Positions 12,007 through 27,000 of a stretch of DNA of 64,000 nucleotides are shown here, piece after piece. The notes under the pieces were generated by a model. That model was not told where the DNA came from and searched no databases. It was given only the letters and a program-made list of their open reading frames with translations. How positions within the stretch are numbered: the stretch's first letter is position 1; every line of letters starts with the position of its first letter. Made by a program: the position numbers and the translations under genes. Source of the stretch: Balanoglossus misakiensis (taxonomy: Eukaryota; Animalia; Hemichordata); assembly GCA_040954595.2 (NCBI GenBank), contig CM082578.2:649740-713739 (forward strand). The letters are read 5' to 3'.

Positions 12007-15000
12007 AGGAAGTAAGCTTTCAGCCTACCAATGTAGCTATTGTATTTTCCACTTTTTGTAAGTGAAGCCTGACTGTCGCCTGTCTTAGGTCACCACTTCA
12101 TAAGAGGTCTTACCCGTCATTGGCACAAACAGTCTCAGGAAGTAAGCTTTCAGCCTACCAATGTAGCTATTATATTTTCCACTTTTTGTAAGTGAAGCCT
12201 GACTGTCGCCTGTCTTAGGTCACCACTTCATAAGAGGTCTTACCCGTCATTGGCACAAACAGACAGGAAGTAAGCTTTCAGCCTACCAATGTAGCTTTTG
12301 TATTTTCAACTGTTTGTAAGTGAAGCCTGACTGTCGCCTGTCTTAGGTCACCACTTCATAAGAGGTCTTACCCGTCATTGGCACAAACAGTCTCAGGAAG
12401 TAAGCTTTCAGCCTACCAATGTAGCTATTATATTTTCCACTTTTTGTAAGTGAAGCCTGACTGTCGCCTGTCTTAGGTCACCACTTCATAAGCGGTCTTA
12501 CCCGTCATTGGCACAAACAGTCTCAGGAAGTAAGCTTTCAGCCTACCAATGTAGCTATTGTATTTTCCACTTTTTGTAAGTGAAGCCTGACTGTCGCCTG
12601 TCTTAGGTCACCACTTCATAAGCGGTCTTACCCGTCATTGGCACAAACAGTCTCAGGAAGTAAGCTTTCAGCCTACCAATGTAGCTATTGTATTTTCCAC
12701 TTTTTGTAAGTGAAGCCTGACTGTCGCCTGTCTTAGGTCACCACTTCATAAGTGTTCTTACCCGTCATTGGCACAAACAGTCTCAGGAAGTAAGCTTTCA
12801 GCCTACCAATGTAGCTATTATATTTTCCACTTTTTGTAAGTGAAGCCTGACTGTCGCCTGTCTTAGGTCACCACTTCATAAGCGGTCTTACCCGTCATTG
12901 GCACATACAGTCTCAGGAAGTTAGCTTTCAGCCTACCAATGTAGCTATTATATTTTCCACTTTTTGTAAGTGAAGCCTTACTGTCGCCTGTCTTAGGTCA
13001 CCACTTCATAAGAGGTCTTACCCGTCATTGGCACAAACAGTCTCAGGAAGTAAGCTTTCAGCCTACCAATGTAGCTATTGTATTTTCAACTTTTTGTAAG
13101 TGAAGCCTGACTGTCGCCTGTCTTAGGTCACCACTTCATAAGAGGTCTTACCCGTCATTGGCACAAACAGACAGGAAGTAAGCTTTCAGCCTACCAATGT
13201 AGCTTTTGTATTTTCAACTGTTTGTAAGTGAAGCCTGACTGTCGCCTGTCTTAGGTCACCACTTCATAAGCGGTCTTACCCGTCATTGGCACAAACAGTC
13301 TCAGGAAGTAAGCTTTCAGCCTACCAATGTAGCTATTATATTTTCCACTTTTTGTAAGTGAAGCCTGACTGTCGCCTGTCTTAGGTCACCACTTCATAAG
13401 CGGTCTTACCCGTCATTGGCACAAACAGTCTCAGGAAGTTAGCTTTCAGCCTACCAATGTAGCTATTATATTTTCCACTTTTTGTAAGTGAAGCCTGACT
13501 GTCGCCTGTCATAGGTCACCACTTCATAAGAGGTCTTACCCGTCATTGGCACAAACAGTCTCAGGAAGTAAGCTTTCAGCCTACCAATGTAGCTATTGTA
13601 TTTTCAACTTTTTGTAAGTGAAGCCTGACTGTCGCCTGTCTTAGGTCACCACTTCATAAGAGGTCTTACCCGTCATTGGCACAAACAGACAGGAAATAAG
13701 CTTTCAGCCTACCAATGTAGCTATTGTATTTTCCACTTTTTGTAAGTGAAGTCTGACTGTCGCCTGTCTTAGGTCACCACTTCATAAGAGGTCTTACCCG
13801 TCATTGGCACAAACAGTCTCAGGAAGTAAGCTTTCAGCCTACCAATGTAGCTATTATATTTTCCACTTTTTGTAAGTGAAGCCTGACTGTCGCCTTTCTT
13901 AGGTCACCACTTCATAAGCGGTCTTACCCGTCATTGGCACAAACAGTCTCAGGAAGTAAGCTTTCAGCCTACCAATGTAGCTTTTGTATTTTCCACTTTT
14001 TGTAAGTGAAGCCTGACTGTCGGCTGTCTTAGGTCACCACTTCATAAGCGGTCTTACCCGTCATTGGCACAAACAGTCTCAGGAAGTAAGCTTTCAGCCT
14101 ACCAATGTAGCTATTATATTTTCCACTTTTTGTAAGTGAAGCCTGACTGTCGCCTGTCTTAGGTCACCATTAAGCGGTCTTACCCGTCATTGGCACATAC
14201 AGTCTCAGGAAGTTAGCTTTCAATCTACCAATGTAGCTATTATATTTTCCACTTTTTGTAAGTGAAGCCTGACTGTCGCCTGTCTTAGGTCACCACTTCA
14301 TAAGAGGTCTTACCCGTCATTGGCACAAACAGTCTCAGGAAGTAAGCTTTCAGCCTACCAATGTAGCTATTGTATTTTCAACTTTTTGTAAGTGAAGCCT
14401 GACTGTCGCCTGTCTTAGGTCACCACTTCATAAGAGGTCTTACCCGTCATTGGCACAAACAGACAGGAAGTAAGCTTTCAGCCTACCAATGTAGCTTTTG
14501 TATTTTCAACTGTTTGTAAGTGAAGCCTGACTGTCGCCTGTCTTAGGTCACCACTTCATAAGAGGTCTTACCCGTCATTGGCACAAACAGTCTCAGGAAG
14601 TAAGCTTTCAGCCTACCAATGTAGCTATTATATTTTCCACTTTTTGTAAGTGAAGCCTGAGTGTCGCCTGTCTTAGGTCACCACTTCATAAGAGGTCTTA
14701 CCCGTCATTGGCACAAACAGTCTCAGGAAGTAAGCTTTCAGCCTACCAATGTAGCTATTGTATTTTCAACTTTTTGTTAGTGAAGCCTGACTGTCGCCTG
14801 TCTTAGGTCACCACTTCATAAGAGGTCTTACCCGTCATTGTCACAAACAGACTCAGGAAGTAAGCTTTCAGCCTACCAATGTAGCTATTGTATTTTCAAC
14901 TTTTTGTAAGTGAAGCCTGACTGTCGCCTGTCTTAGGTCACCACTTCATAAGAGGTCTTACCCGTCATTGGCACAAACAGTCTCCGGAAGTAAGCTTTCA

Positions 15001-18000
15001 GCCTACCAATGTAGCTATTGTATTTTCCACTTTTTGTAAGTGAAGCCTGACTGTCACCTGTCTTAGGTCACCACTTCATAAGCGGTCTTACCCGTCATTG
15101 GCACAAACAGTCTCAGGAAGTAAGCTTTCAGCCTACCAATGTAGCTATTATATTTTCCACTTTTTGTAAGTGAAGCCTGACTGTCGCCTGTCTTAGTTCA
15201 CCACTTCATAAGCGGTCTTACCCGTCATTGGCACAAACAGTCTCAGGAATTAAGCTTTCAGCATACCAATGTAGCTATTATATTTTCCACTTTTTGTAAG
15301 TGAAGCCTGACTGTCGCCTGTCTTAGGTCACCACCTCATAAGCGGTCTTACCCGTCATTGGCACAAACAGTCTCAGGAAGTTAGCTTTCAGCCTACCAAT
15401 GAAGCTATTATATTTTCCACTTTTTGTAAGTGAAGCCTGACTGTCGCCTGTCTTAGGTCACCGACTCATAAGCGGTCTTACCCGTCATTGGCACAAACAG
15501 TCTCAGGAAGTAAGCTTTCAGCCTACCAATGTAGCTATTATATTTTCCACTTTTTGTAAGTGAAGCCTGACTGTCGCCTGTCTTAGGTCACCACTTCATA
15601 AGCGGTCTTACCCGTCATTGGCACAAACAGTCTCAGGAAGTAAGCTTTCAGCCTACCAATGTAGCTATTGTATTTTCCACTGTTTGTAAGTGAAGCCTGA
15701 CTGTCGCCTGTCTTAGGTCACTACTTTATAAGCGGTCTTACCCGTCATAGGCACAAACAGTCTCGGGAAGTAAGCTTTCAGCCTACCAATGTAGCTATTG
15801 TATTTTCCACTTTTTGTAAGTGAAGCCTGACTGTCGCCTTTCTTAGGTCACCACTTCATAAGAGGTCTTACCCGTCATTGGCACAAACAGTCTCAGGAAG
15901 TAAGCTTTCAGCCTACCAATGTAGCTATTATATTTTCCACTTTTTGTAAGTGAAGCCTGACTGTCGCCTGTCTTAGGTCACCTCTTCATAAGCGGTCTTA
16001 CCCGTCATTGGCACAAACAGTCTCAGGAAGTAAGCTTTCAGCCTACCAATGTAGCTATTAAATGTTTTACTTTTTGTAAGTGAAGCCTGACTGTCGCCTG
16101 TCTTAGGTCACCACCTCATAAGCGGTCTTACCCGTCATTGGCACAAACAGTCTCAGGAAGTAAGCTTTCAGCCTACCAATGTAGCTATTATATTTTCCAC
16201 TTTTTATAAGTGAAGCCTGACTGTCGCCTGTCTTAGGTCACCACTTCATAAGCGGTCTTACCCGTCATTGGCACAAACAGTCTCAGGAAGTAAGCTTTCA
16301 GCCTACCAATGTAGCTATTATATTTTCCACTTTTTGTAAGTGAAGCCTGACTGTCGCCTGTCTTAGGTCACCACTTCATAAGTGGTCTTACCCGTCATTG
16401 GCACAAACAGTCTCAGGAAGTAAGCTTTCAGCCTACCAATGTAGCTATTGTATTTTCCACTTTTTGTAAGTGAAGCCTGACTGTCGCCTGTCTTAGGTCA
16501 CCACTTCATAAGCGGTCTTACCCGTCATAGGCACAAACAGTCTCAGGAAGTAAGCTTTCAGCCTACCAATGTAGCTATTATATTTTCCACTTTTTGTAAG
16601 TGAAGCCTGACTGTCGCCTGTCTTAGGTCACCACTTCATAAGAGGTCTTACCCGTCATTGGCACAAACAGTCTCAGGAAGTAAGCTTTCAGCCTACCAAT
16701 GTAGCTATTGTATTTTCAACTTTTTGTAAGTGAAGCCTGAGTGTCGCCTGTCTTAGGTCACCACTTCATAAGAGGTCTTACCCGTCATAGGCACAAACAG
16801 TCTCAGGAAGTAAGCTTTCAGCCTACCAATGTAGCTATTGTATTTTCAACTTTTTGTAAGTGAAGCCTGACTGTCGCCTGTCTTAGGTCACCACTTCATA
16901 AGAGGTCTTACCCGTCATTGGCACAAACAGACTCAGGAAGTAAGCTTTCAGCCTACCAATGTAGCTATTGTATTTTCAACTTTTTGTAAGTGAAGCCTGA
17001 CTGTCGCCTGTCTTAGGTCACCACTTCATAAGAGGTCTTACCCGTCATTGGCACAAACAGTCTCCGGAAGTAAGCTTTCAGCCTACCAATGTAGCTATTG
17101 TATTTTCCACTTTTTGTAAGTGAAGCCTGACTGTCGCCTGTCTTAGGTCACCACTTCATAAGCGGTCTTACCCGTCATTGGCACAAACAGTCTCAGGAAG
17201 TAAGCTTTCAGCCTACCAATGTAGCTATTATGTTTTCCACTTTTTGTAAGTGAAGCCTGACTGTCGCCTGTCTTAGTTCACCACTTCATAAGCGGTCTTA
17301 CCCGTCATTGGCACAAACAGTCTCAGGAATTAAGCTTTCAGCATACCAATGTAGCTATTATATTTTCCACTTTTTGTAAGTGAAGCCTGACTGTCGCCTG
17401 TCTTAGGTCACCACCTCATAAGCGGTCTTACCCGTCATTGGCACAAACAGTCTCAGGAAGTTAGCTTTCAGCTTACCAATGAAGCTATTGTATTTTCCAC
17501 TTTTTGTAAGTGATGCCTGACTGTCGCCTGTCTTAGGTCACCACTTCATAAGCGGTCTTACCCGTCATTGGCACAAACAGTCTCAGGAAGTAAGCTTTCA
17601 GCCTACCAATGTAGCTATTATGTTTTCCACTTTTTGTAAGTGAAGCCTGACTGTCGCCTGTCTTAGTTCACCACTTCATAAGCGGTCTTACCCGTCATTG
17701 GCACAAACAGTCTCAGGAATTAAGCTTTCAGCATACCAATGTAGCTATTATATTTTCCACTTTTTGTAAGTGAAGCCTGAGTGTCGCCTGTCTTAGGTCA
17801 CCACCTCATAAGCGGTCTTACCCGTCATTGGCACAAACAGTCTCAGGAAGTTAGCTTTCAGCTTACCAATGAAGCTATTATATTTTCCACTTTTTGTAAG
17901 TGAAGCCTGACTGTCGCCTGTCTTAGGTCACCGACTCATAAGCGGTCTTACCCGTCATTGGCACAAACAGTCTCAGGAAGTAAGCTTTCAGCCTACCAAT

Positions 18001-21000
18001 GTAGCTATTATATTTTCCACTTTTTGTAAGTGAAGCCTGACTGTCGCCTGTCTTAGGTCACCACTTCATAAGCGGTCTTACCTGTCATTGGCACAAACAG
18101 TCTCAGGAAGTAAGCTTTCAGCCTACCAATGTAGCTATTATATTTTCCACTTTTTGTAAGTGAAGCCTGACTGTCGCCTGTCTTAGGTCACCACTTCATA
18201 AGCGGTCTTACCCGTCATTGGCACAAACAGTCTCAGGAAGTAAGCTTTCAGCCTACCAATGTAGCTATTGTATTTTCCACTTTTTGTAAGTGAAGCCTGA
18301 CTGTCGCCTGTCTTAGGTCACCACTTTATAAGCGGTCTTACCCGTCATAGGCACAAACAGTCTCGGGAAGTAAGCTTTCAGCCTACCAATGTAGCTATTG
18401 TATTTTCCACTTTTTGTAAGTGAAGCCTGACTGTCGCCTTTCTTAGGTCACCACTTCATAAGAGGTCTTACCCGTCATTGGCACAAACAGTCTCAGGAAT
18501 TAAGCTTTCAGCATACCAATGTAGCTATTATATTTTCCACTTTTTGTAAGTGAAGCCTGACTGTCGCCTGTCTTAGGTCACCACCTCATAAGCGGTCTTA
18601 CCCGTCATTGGCACAAACAGTCTCAGGAAGTTAGCTTTCAGCTTACCAATGAAGCTATTGTATTTTCCACTTTTTGTAAGTGAAGCCTGACTGTCGCCTG
18701 TATTAGGTCACCACTTCATAAGCGGTCTTACCCGTCATTGGCACAAACAGTCTCAGGAAGTAAGCTTTCAGCCTACCAATGTAGCTATTATGTTTTCCAC
18801 TTTTTGTAAGTGAAGCCTGACTGTCGCCTGTCTTAGTTCACCACTTCATAAGCGGTCTTACCCGTCATTGGCACAAACAGTCTCAGGAATTAAGCTTTCA
18901 GCATACCAATGTAGCTATTATATTTTCCACTTTTTGTAAGTGAAGCCTGAGTGTCGCCTGTCTTAGGTCACCACCTCATAAGCGGTCTTACCCGTCATTG
19001 GCACAAACAGTCTCAGGAAGTTAGCTTTCAGCTTACCAATGAAGCTATTATATTTTCCACTTTTTGTAAGTGAAGCCTGACTGTCGCCTGTCTTAGGTCA
19101 CCGACTCATAAGCGGTCTTACCCGTCATTGGCACAAACAGTCTCAGGAAGTAAGCTTTCAGCCTACCAATGTAGCTATTATATTTTCCACTTTTTGTAAG
19201 TGAAGCCTGACTGTCGCCTGTCTTAGGTCACCACTTCATAAGCGGTCTTACCTGTCATTGGCACAAACAGTCTCAGGAAGTAAGCTTTCAGCCTACCAAT
19301 GTAGCTATTATATTTTCCACTTTTTGTAAGTGAAGCCTGACTGTCGCCTGTCTTAGGTCACCACTTCATAAGCGGTCTTACCCGTCATTGGCACAAACAG
19401 TCTCAGGAAGTAAGCTTTCAGCCTACCAATGTAGCTATTGTATTTTCCACTTTTTGTAAGTGAAGCCTGACTGTCGCCTGTCTTAGGTCACCACTTTATA
19501 AGCGGTCTTACCCGTCATAGGCACAAACAGTCTCGGGAAGTAAGCTTTCAGCCTACCAATGTAGCTATTGTATTTTCCACTTTTTGTAAGTGAAGCCTGA
19601 CTGTCGCCTTTCTTAGGTCACCACTTCATAAGAGGTCTTACCCGTCATTGGCACAAACAGTCTCAGGAAGTAAGCTTTCAGCCTACCAATGTAGCTATTA
19701 TGTTTTCCACTTTTTGTAAGTGAAGCCTGACTGTCGCCTGTCTTAGTTCACCACTTCATAAGCGGTCTTACCCGTCATTGGCACAAACAGTCTCAGGAAT
19801 TAAGCTTTCAGCATACCAATGTGGCTATTATATTTTCCACTTTTTGTAAGTGAAGCCTGACTGTCGCCTGTCTTAGGTCACCACTTCATAAGAGGTCTTA
19901 CCCGTCATTGGCACAAACAGTCTCAGGAAGTTAGCTTTCAGCCTACCAATAAGGCTATTGTATTTTCAACTTTTTGTAAGTGAAGCCTGAGTGTCGCCTG
20001 TCTTAGGTCACCACTTCATAAGAGGTCTTACCCGTCATTGGCACAAACAGACTCAGGAAGTAAGCTTTCAGCCTACCAATGTAGCTATTGTATTTTCAAC
20101 TTTTTGTAAGTGAAGCCTGACTGTCGCCTGTCTTAGGTCACCACTTCATAAGAGGTCTTACCCGTCATTGGCACAAACAGTCTCCGGAAGTAAGCTTTCA
20201 GCCTACCAATGTAGCTATTGTATTTTCCACTTTTTGTAAGTGAAGCCTGACTGTCGCCTGTCTTAGGTCACCACTTCATAAGCGGTCTTACCCGTCATTG
20301 GCACAAACAGTCTCAGGAAGTAAGCTTTCAGCCTACCAATGTAGCTATTATGTTTTCCACTTTTTGTAAGTGAAGCCTGACTGTCGCCTGTCTTAGTTCA
20401 CCACTTCATAAGCGGTCTTACCCGTCATTGGCACAAACAGTCTCAGGAATTAAGCTTTCAGCATACCAATGTAGCTATTATATTTTCCACTTTTTGTAAG
20501 TGAAGCCTGACTGTCGCCTGTCTTAGGTCACCACCTCATAAGCGGTCTTACCCGTCATTGGCACAAACAGTCTCAGGAAGTTAGCTTTCAGCTTACCAAT
20601 GAAGCTATTATATTTTCCACTTTTTGTAAGTGAAGCCTGACTGTCGCCTGTCTTAGGTCACCGACTCATAAGCGGTCTTACCCGTCATTGGCACAAACAG
20701 TCTCAGGAAGTAAGCTTTCAGCCTACCAATGTAGCTATTATATTTTCCACTTTTTGTAAGTGAAGCCTGACTGTCGCCTGTCTTAGGTCACCACTTCATA
20801 AGCGGTCTTACCTGTCATTGGCACAAACAGTCTCAGGAAGTAAGCTTTCAGCCTACCAATGTAGCTATTATATTTTCCACTTTTTGTAAGTGAAGCCTGA
20901 CTGTCGCCTGTCTTAGGTCACCACTTCATAAGCGGTCTTACCCGTCATTGGCACAAACAGTCTCAGGAAGTAAGCTTTCAGCCTACCAATGTAGCTATTG

Positions 21001-24000
21001 TATTTTCCACTTTTTGTAAGTGAAGCCTGACTGTCGCCTGTCTTAGGTCACCACTTTATAAGCGGTCTTACCCGTCATAGGCACAAACAGTCTCGGGAAG
21101 TAAGCTTTCAGCCTACCAATGTAGCTATTGTATTTTCCACTTTTTGTAAGTGAAGCCTGACTGTCGCCTTTCTTAGGTCACCACTTCATAAGAGGTCTTA
21201 CCCGTCATTGGCACAAACAGTCTCAGGAAGTAAGCTTTCAGCCTACCAATGTAGCTATTATGTTTTCCACTTTTTGTAAGTGAAGCCTGACTGTCGCCTG
21301 TCTTAGTTCACCACTTCATAAGCGGTCTTACCCGTCATTGGCACAAACAGTCTCAGGAATTAAGCTTTCAGCATACCAATGTAGCTATTATATTTTCCAC
21401 TTTTTGTAAGTGAAGCCTGACTGTCGCCTGTCTTAGGTCACCACCTCATAAGCGGTCTTACCCGTCATTGGCACAAACAGTCTCAGGAAGTTAGCTTTCA
21501 GCCTACCAATGAAGCTATTATATTTTCCACTTTTTGTAAGTGAATCCTGACTGTGGCCTGTCTTAGGTCACCGACTCATAAGCGGTCTTACCCGTCATTG
21601 GCACAAACAGTCTCAGGAAGTAAGCTTTCAGCCTACCAATGTAGCTATTATATTTTCCACTTTTTGTAAGTGAAGCCTGACTGTCGCCTGTCTTAGGTCA
21701 CCACTTCATAAGCGGTCTTACCTGTCATTGGCACAAACAGTCTCAGGAAGTAAGCTTTCAGCCTACCAATGTAGCTATTATATTTTCCACTTTTTGTAAG
21801 TGAAGCCTGACTGTCGCCTGTCTTAGGTCACCACTTCATAAGCGGTCTTACCCGTCATTGGCACAAACAGTCTCAGGAAGTAAGCTTTCAGCCTACCAAT
21901 GTAGCTATTGTATTTTCCACTTTTTGTAAGTGAAGCCTGACTGTCGCCTGTCTTAGGTCACCACTTTATAAGCGGTCTTACCCGTCATAGGCACAAACAG
22001 TCTCGGGAAGTAAGCTTTCAGCCTACCAATGTAGCTATTGTATTTTCCACTTTTTGTAAGTGAAGCCTGACTGTCGCCTTTCTTAGGTCACCACTTCATA
22101 AGAGGTCTTACCCGTCATTGGCACAAACAGTCTCAGGAATTAAGCTTTCAGCATACCAATGTAGCTATTATATTTTCCACTTTTTGTAAGTGAAGCCTGA
22201 CTGTCGCCTGTCTTAGGTCACCACCTCATAAGCGGTCTTACCCGTCATTGGCACAAACAGTCTCAGGAAGTTAGCTTTCAGCTTACCAATGAAGCTATTG
22301 TATTTTCCACTTTTTGTAAGTGAAGCCTGACTGTCGCCTGTCTTAGGTCACCACTTCATAAGCGGTCTTACCCGTCATTGGCACAAACAGTCTCAGGAAG
22401 TAAGCTTTCAGCCTACCAATGTAGCTATTATGTTTTCCACTTTTTGTAAGTGAAGCCTGACTGTCGCCTGTCTTAGTTCACCACTTCATAAGCGGTCTTA
22501 CCCGTCATTGGCACAAACAGTCTCAGGAATTAAGCTTTCAGCATACCAATGTAGCTATTATATTTTCCACTTTTTGTAAGTGAAGCCTGAGTGTCGCCTG
22601 TCTTAAGTCACCACCTCATAAGCGGTCTTACCCGTCATTGGCACAAACAGTCTCAGGAAGTTAGCTTTCAGCTTACCAATGAAGCTATTATATTTTCCAC
22701 TTTTTGTAAGTGAAGCCTGACTGTCGCCTGTCTTAGGTCACCGACTCATAAGCGGTCTTACCCGTCATTGGCACAAACAGTCTCAGGAAGTAAGCTTTCA
22801 GCCTACCAATGTAGCTATTATATTTTCCACTTTTTGTAAGTGAAGCCTGACTGTCGCCTGTCTTAGGTCACCACTTCATAAGCGGTCTTACCTGTCATTG
22901 GCACAAACAGTCTCAGGAAGTAAGCTTTCAGCCTACCAATGTAGCTATTATATTTTCCACTTTTTGTAAGTGAAGCCTGACTGTCGCCTGTCTTAGGTCA
23001 CCACTTCATAAGCGGTCTTACCCGTCATTGGCACAAACAGTCTCAGGAAGTAAGCTTTCAGCCTACCAATGTAGCTATTGTATTTTCCACTTTTTGTAAG
23101 TGAAGCCTGACTGTCGCCTGTCTTAGGTCACCACTTTATAAGCGGTCTTACCCGTCATAGGCACAAACAGTCTCGGGAAGTAAGCTTTCAGCCTACCAAT
23201 GTAGCTATTGTATTTTCCACTTTTTGTAAGTGAAGCCTGACTGTCGCCTTTCTTAGGTCACCACTTCATAAGAGGTCTTACCCGTCATTGGCACAAACAG
23301 TCTCAGGAAGTAAGCTTTCAGCCTACCAATGTAGCTATTATGTTTTCCACTTTTTGTAAGTGAAGCCTGACTGTCGCCTGTCTTAGTTCACCACTTCATA
23401 AGCGGTCTTACCCGTCATTGGCACAAACAGTCTCAGGAATTAAGCTTTCAGCATACCAATGTGGCTATTATATTTTCCACTTTTTGTAAGTGAAGCCTGA
23501 CTGTCGCCTGTCTTAGGTCACCACTTCATAAGAGGTCTTACCCGTCATTGGCACAAACAGTCTCAGGAAGTTAGCTTTCAGCCTACCAATAAGGCTATTG
23601 TATTTTCAACTTTTTGTAAGTGAAGCCTGAGTGTCGCCTGTCTTAGGTCACCACTTCATAAGAGGTCTTACCCGTCATTGGCACAAACAGACTCAGGAAG
23701 TAAGCTTTCAGCCTACCAATGTAGCTATTGTATTTTCAACTTTTTGTAAGTGAAGCCTGACTGTCGCCTGTCTTAGGTCACCACTTCATAAGAGGTCTTA
23801 CCCGTCATTGGCACAAACAGTCTCCGGAAGTAAGCTTTCAGCCTACCAATGTAGCTATTGTATTTTCCACTTTTTGTAAGTGAAGCCTGACTGTCGCCTG
23901 TCTTAGGTCACCACTTCATAAGCGGTCTTACCCGTCATTGGCACAAACAGTCTCAGGAAGTAAGCTTTCAGCCTACCAATGTAGCTATTATGTTTTCCAC

Positions 24001-27000
24001 TTTTTGTAAGTGAAGCCTGACTGTCGCCTGTCTTAGTTCACCACTTCATAAGCGGTCTTACCCGTCATTGGCACAAACAGTCTCAGGAATTAAGCTTTCA
24101 GCATACCAATGTAGCTATTATATTTTCCACTTTTTGTAAGTGAAGCCTGACTGTCGCCTGTCTTAGGTCACCACCTCATAAGCGGTCTTACCCGTCATTG
24201 GCACAAACAGTCTCAGGAAGTTAGCTTTCAGCTTACCAATGAAGCTATTATATTTTCCACTTTTTGTAAGTGAAGCCTGACTGTCGCCTGTCTTAGGTCA
24301 CCGACTCATAAGCGGTCTTACCCGTCATTGGCACAAACAGTCTCAGGAAGTAAGCTTTCAGCCTACCAATGTAGCTATTATATTTTCCACTTTTTGTAAG
24401 TGAAGCCTGACTGTCGCCTGTCTTAGGTCACCACTTCATAAGCGGTCTTACCTGTCATTGGCACAAACAGTCTCAGGAAGTAAGCTTTCAGCCTACCAAT
24501 GTAGCTATTATATTTTCCACTTTTTGTAAGTGAAGCCTGACTGTCGCCTGTCTTAGGTCACCACTTCATAAGCGGTCTTACCCGTCATTGGCACAAACAG
24601 TCTCAGGAAGTAAGCTTTCAGCCTACCAATGTAGCTATTGTATTTTCCACTTTTTGTAAGTGAAGCCTGACTGTCGCCTGTCTTAGGTCACCACTTTATA
24701 AGCGGTCTTACCCGTCATAGGCACAAACAGTCTCGGGAAGTAAGCTTTCAGCCTACCAATGTAGCTATTGTATTTTCCACTTTTTGTAAGTGAAGCCTGA
24801 CTGTCGCCTTTCTTAGGTCACCACTTCATAAGAGGTCTTACCCGTCATTGGCACAAACAGTCTCAGGAAGTAAGCTTTCAGCCTACCAATGTAGCTATTA
24901 TGTTTTCCACTTTTTGTAAGTGAAGCCTGACTGTCGCCTGTCTTAGTTCACCACTTCATAAGCGGTCTTACCCGTCATTGGCACAAACAGTCTCAGGAAT
25001 TAAGCTTTCAGCATACCAATGTAGCTATTATATTTTCCACTTTTTGTAAGTGAAGCCTGACTGTCGCCTGTCTTAGGTCACCACCTCATAAGCGGTCTTA
25101 CCCGTCATTGGCACAAACAGTCTCAGGAAGTTAGCTTTCAGCCTACCAATGAAGCTATTATATTTTCCACTTTTTGTAAGTGAATCCTGACTGTGGCCTG
25201 TCTTAGGTCACCGACTCATAAGCGGTCTTACCCGTCATTGGCACAAACAGTCTCAGGAAGTAAGCTTTCAGCCTACCAATGTAGCTATTATATTTTCCAC
25301 TTTTTGTAAGTGAAGCCTGACTGTCGCCTGTCTTAGGTCACCACTTCATAAGCGGTCTTACCTGTCATTGGCACAAACAGTCTCAGGAAGTAAGCTTTCA
25401 GCCTACCAATGTAGCTATTATATTTTCCACTTTTTGTAAGTGAAGCCTGACTGTCGCCTGTCTTAGGTCACCACTTCATAAGCGGTCTTACCCGTCATTG
25501 GCACAAACAGTCTCAGGAAGTAAGCTTTCAGCCTACCAATGTAGCTATTGTATTTTCCACTTTTTGTAAGTGAAGCCTGACTGTCGCCTGTCTTAGGTCA
25601 CCACTTTATAAGCGGTCTTACCCGTCATAGGCACAAACAGTCTCGGGAAGTAAGCTTTCAGCCTACCAATGTAGCTATTGTATTTTCCACTTTTTGTAAG
25701 TGAAGCCTGACTGTCGCCTTTCTTAGGTCACCACTTCATAAGAGGTCTTACCCGTCATTGGCACAAACAGTCTCAGGAGGTAAGCTTTCAGCCTACCAAT
25801 GTAGCTATTGTATTTTCCACTTTTTGTAAGTGAAGCCTGACTGTCGCCTGTCTTAGGTCACCACTTCATAAGAGGTCTTACCCGTCATTGGCACAAACAG
25901 TCTCAGGAAGTAAGCTTTCAGCCTACCAATGTAGCTATTATATTTTCCACTTTTTGTAAGTGAAGCCTGACTGTCGCCTGTCTTAGGTCACCTCTTCATA
26001 AGCGGTCTTACCCGTCATTGTCACAAACAGTCTCAGGAAGTAAGCTTTCAGCCTACCAATGTAGCTATTAAATTTTTTACTTTTTGTAAGTGAAGCCTGA
26101 CTGTCGCCTGTCTTAGGTCACCACCTCATAAGCGGTCTTACCCGTCATTGGCACAAACAGTCTCAGGAAGTAAGCTTTCAGCCTACCAATGTAGCTATTA
26201 TATTTTCCACTTTTTGTAAGTGAAGCCTGACTGTCGCCTGTCTTAGGTCACCACTTCATAAGCGGTCTTACCCGTCATTGGCACAAACAGTCTCAGGAAG
26301 TAAGCTTTCATCCTACCAATGTAGCTATTATATTTTCCACTTTTTGTAAGTGAAGCCTGACTGTCGCCTGTCTTAGGTCACCACTTCATAAGTGGTCTTA
26401 CCCGTCATTGGCACAAACAGTCTCAGGAAGTAAGCTTTCAGCCTACCAATGTAGCTATTGTATTTTCCACTTTTTGTAAGTGAAGCCTGACTGTCGCCTG
26501 TCTTAGGTCACCACTTCATAAGCGGTCTTACCCGTCATAGGCACAAACAGTCTCAGGAAGTAAGCTTTCAGCCTACCAATGTAGCTATTATATTTTCCAC
26601 TTTTTGTAAGTGAAGCCTGACTGTCGCCTGTCTTAGGTCACCACTTCATAAGAGGTCTTACCCGTCATTGGCACAAACAGTCTCAGGAAGTAAGCTTTCA
26701 GCCTACCAATGTAGCTATTGTATTTTCAACTTTTTGTAAGTGAAGCCTGACTGTCGCCTGTCTTAGGTCACCACTTCATAAGAGGTCTTACTCGTCATTG
26801 GCACAAACAGACTCAGGACGTAAGCTTTCAGCCTACCAATGTAGCTATTGTATTTTCCACTTTTTGTAAGTGAAGTCTGACTGTCGCCTGTCTTAGGTCA
26901 CCACTTCATAAGAGGTCTTACCCGTCATTGGCACAAACAGTCTCAGGAAGTAAGCTTTCAGCCTACCAATGTAGCTATTGTATTTTCCACTTTTTGTAAG

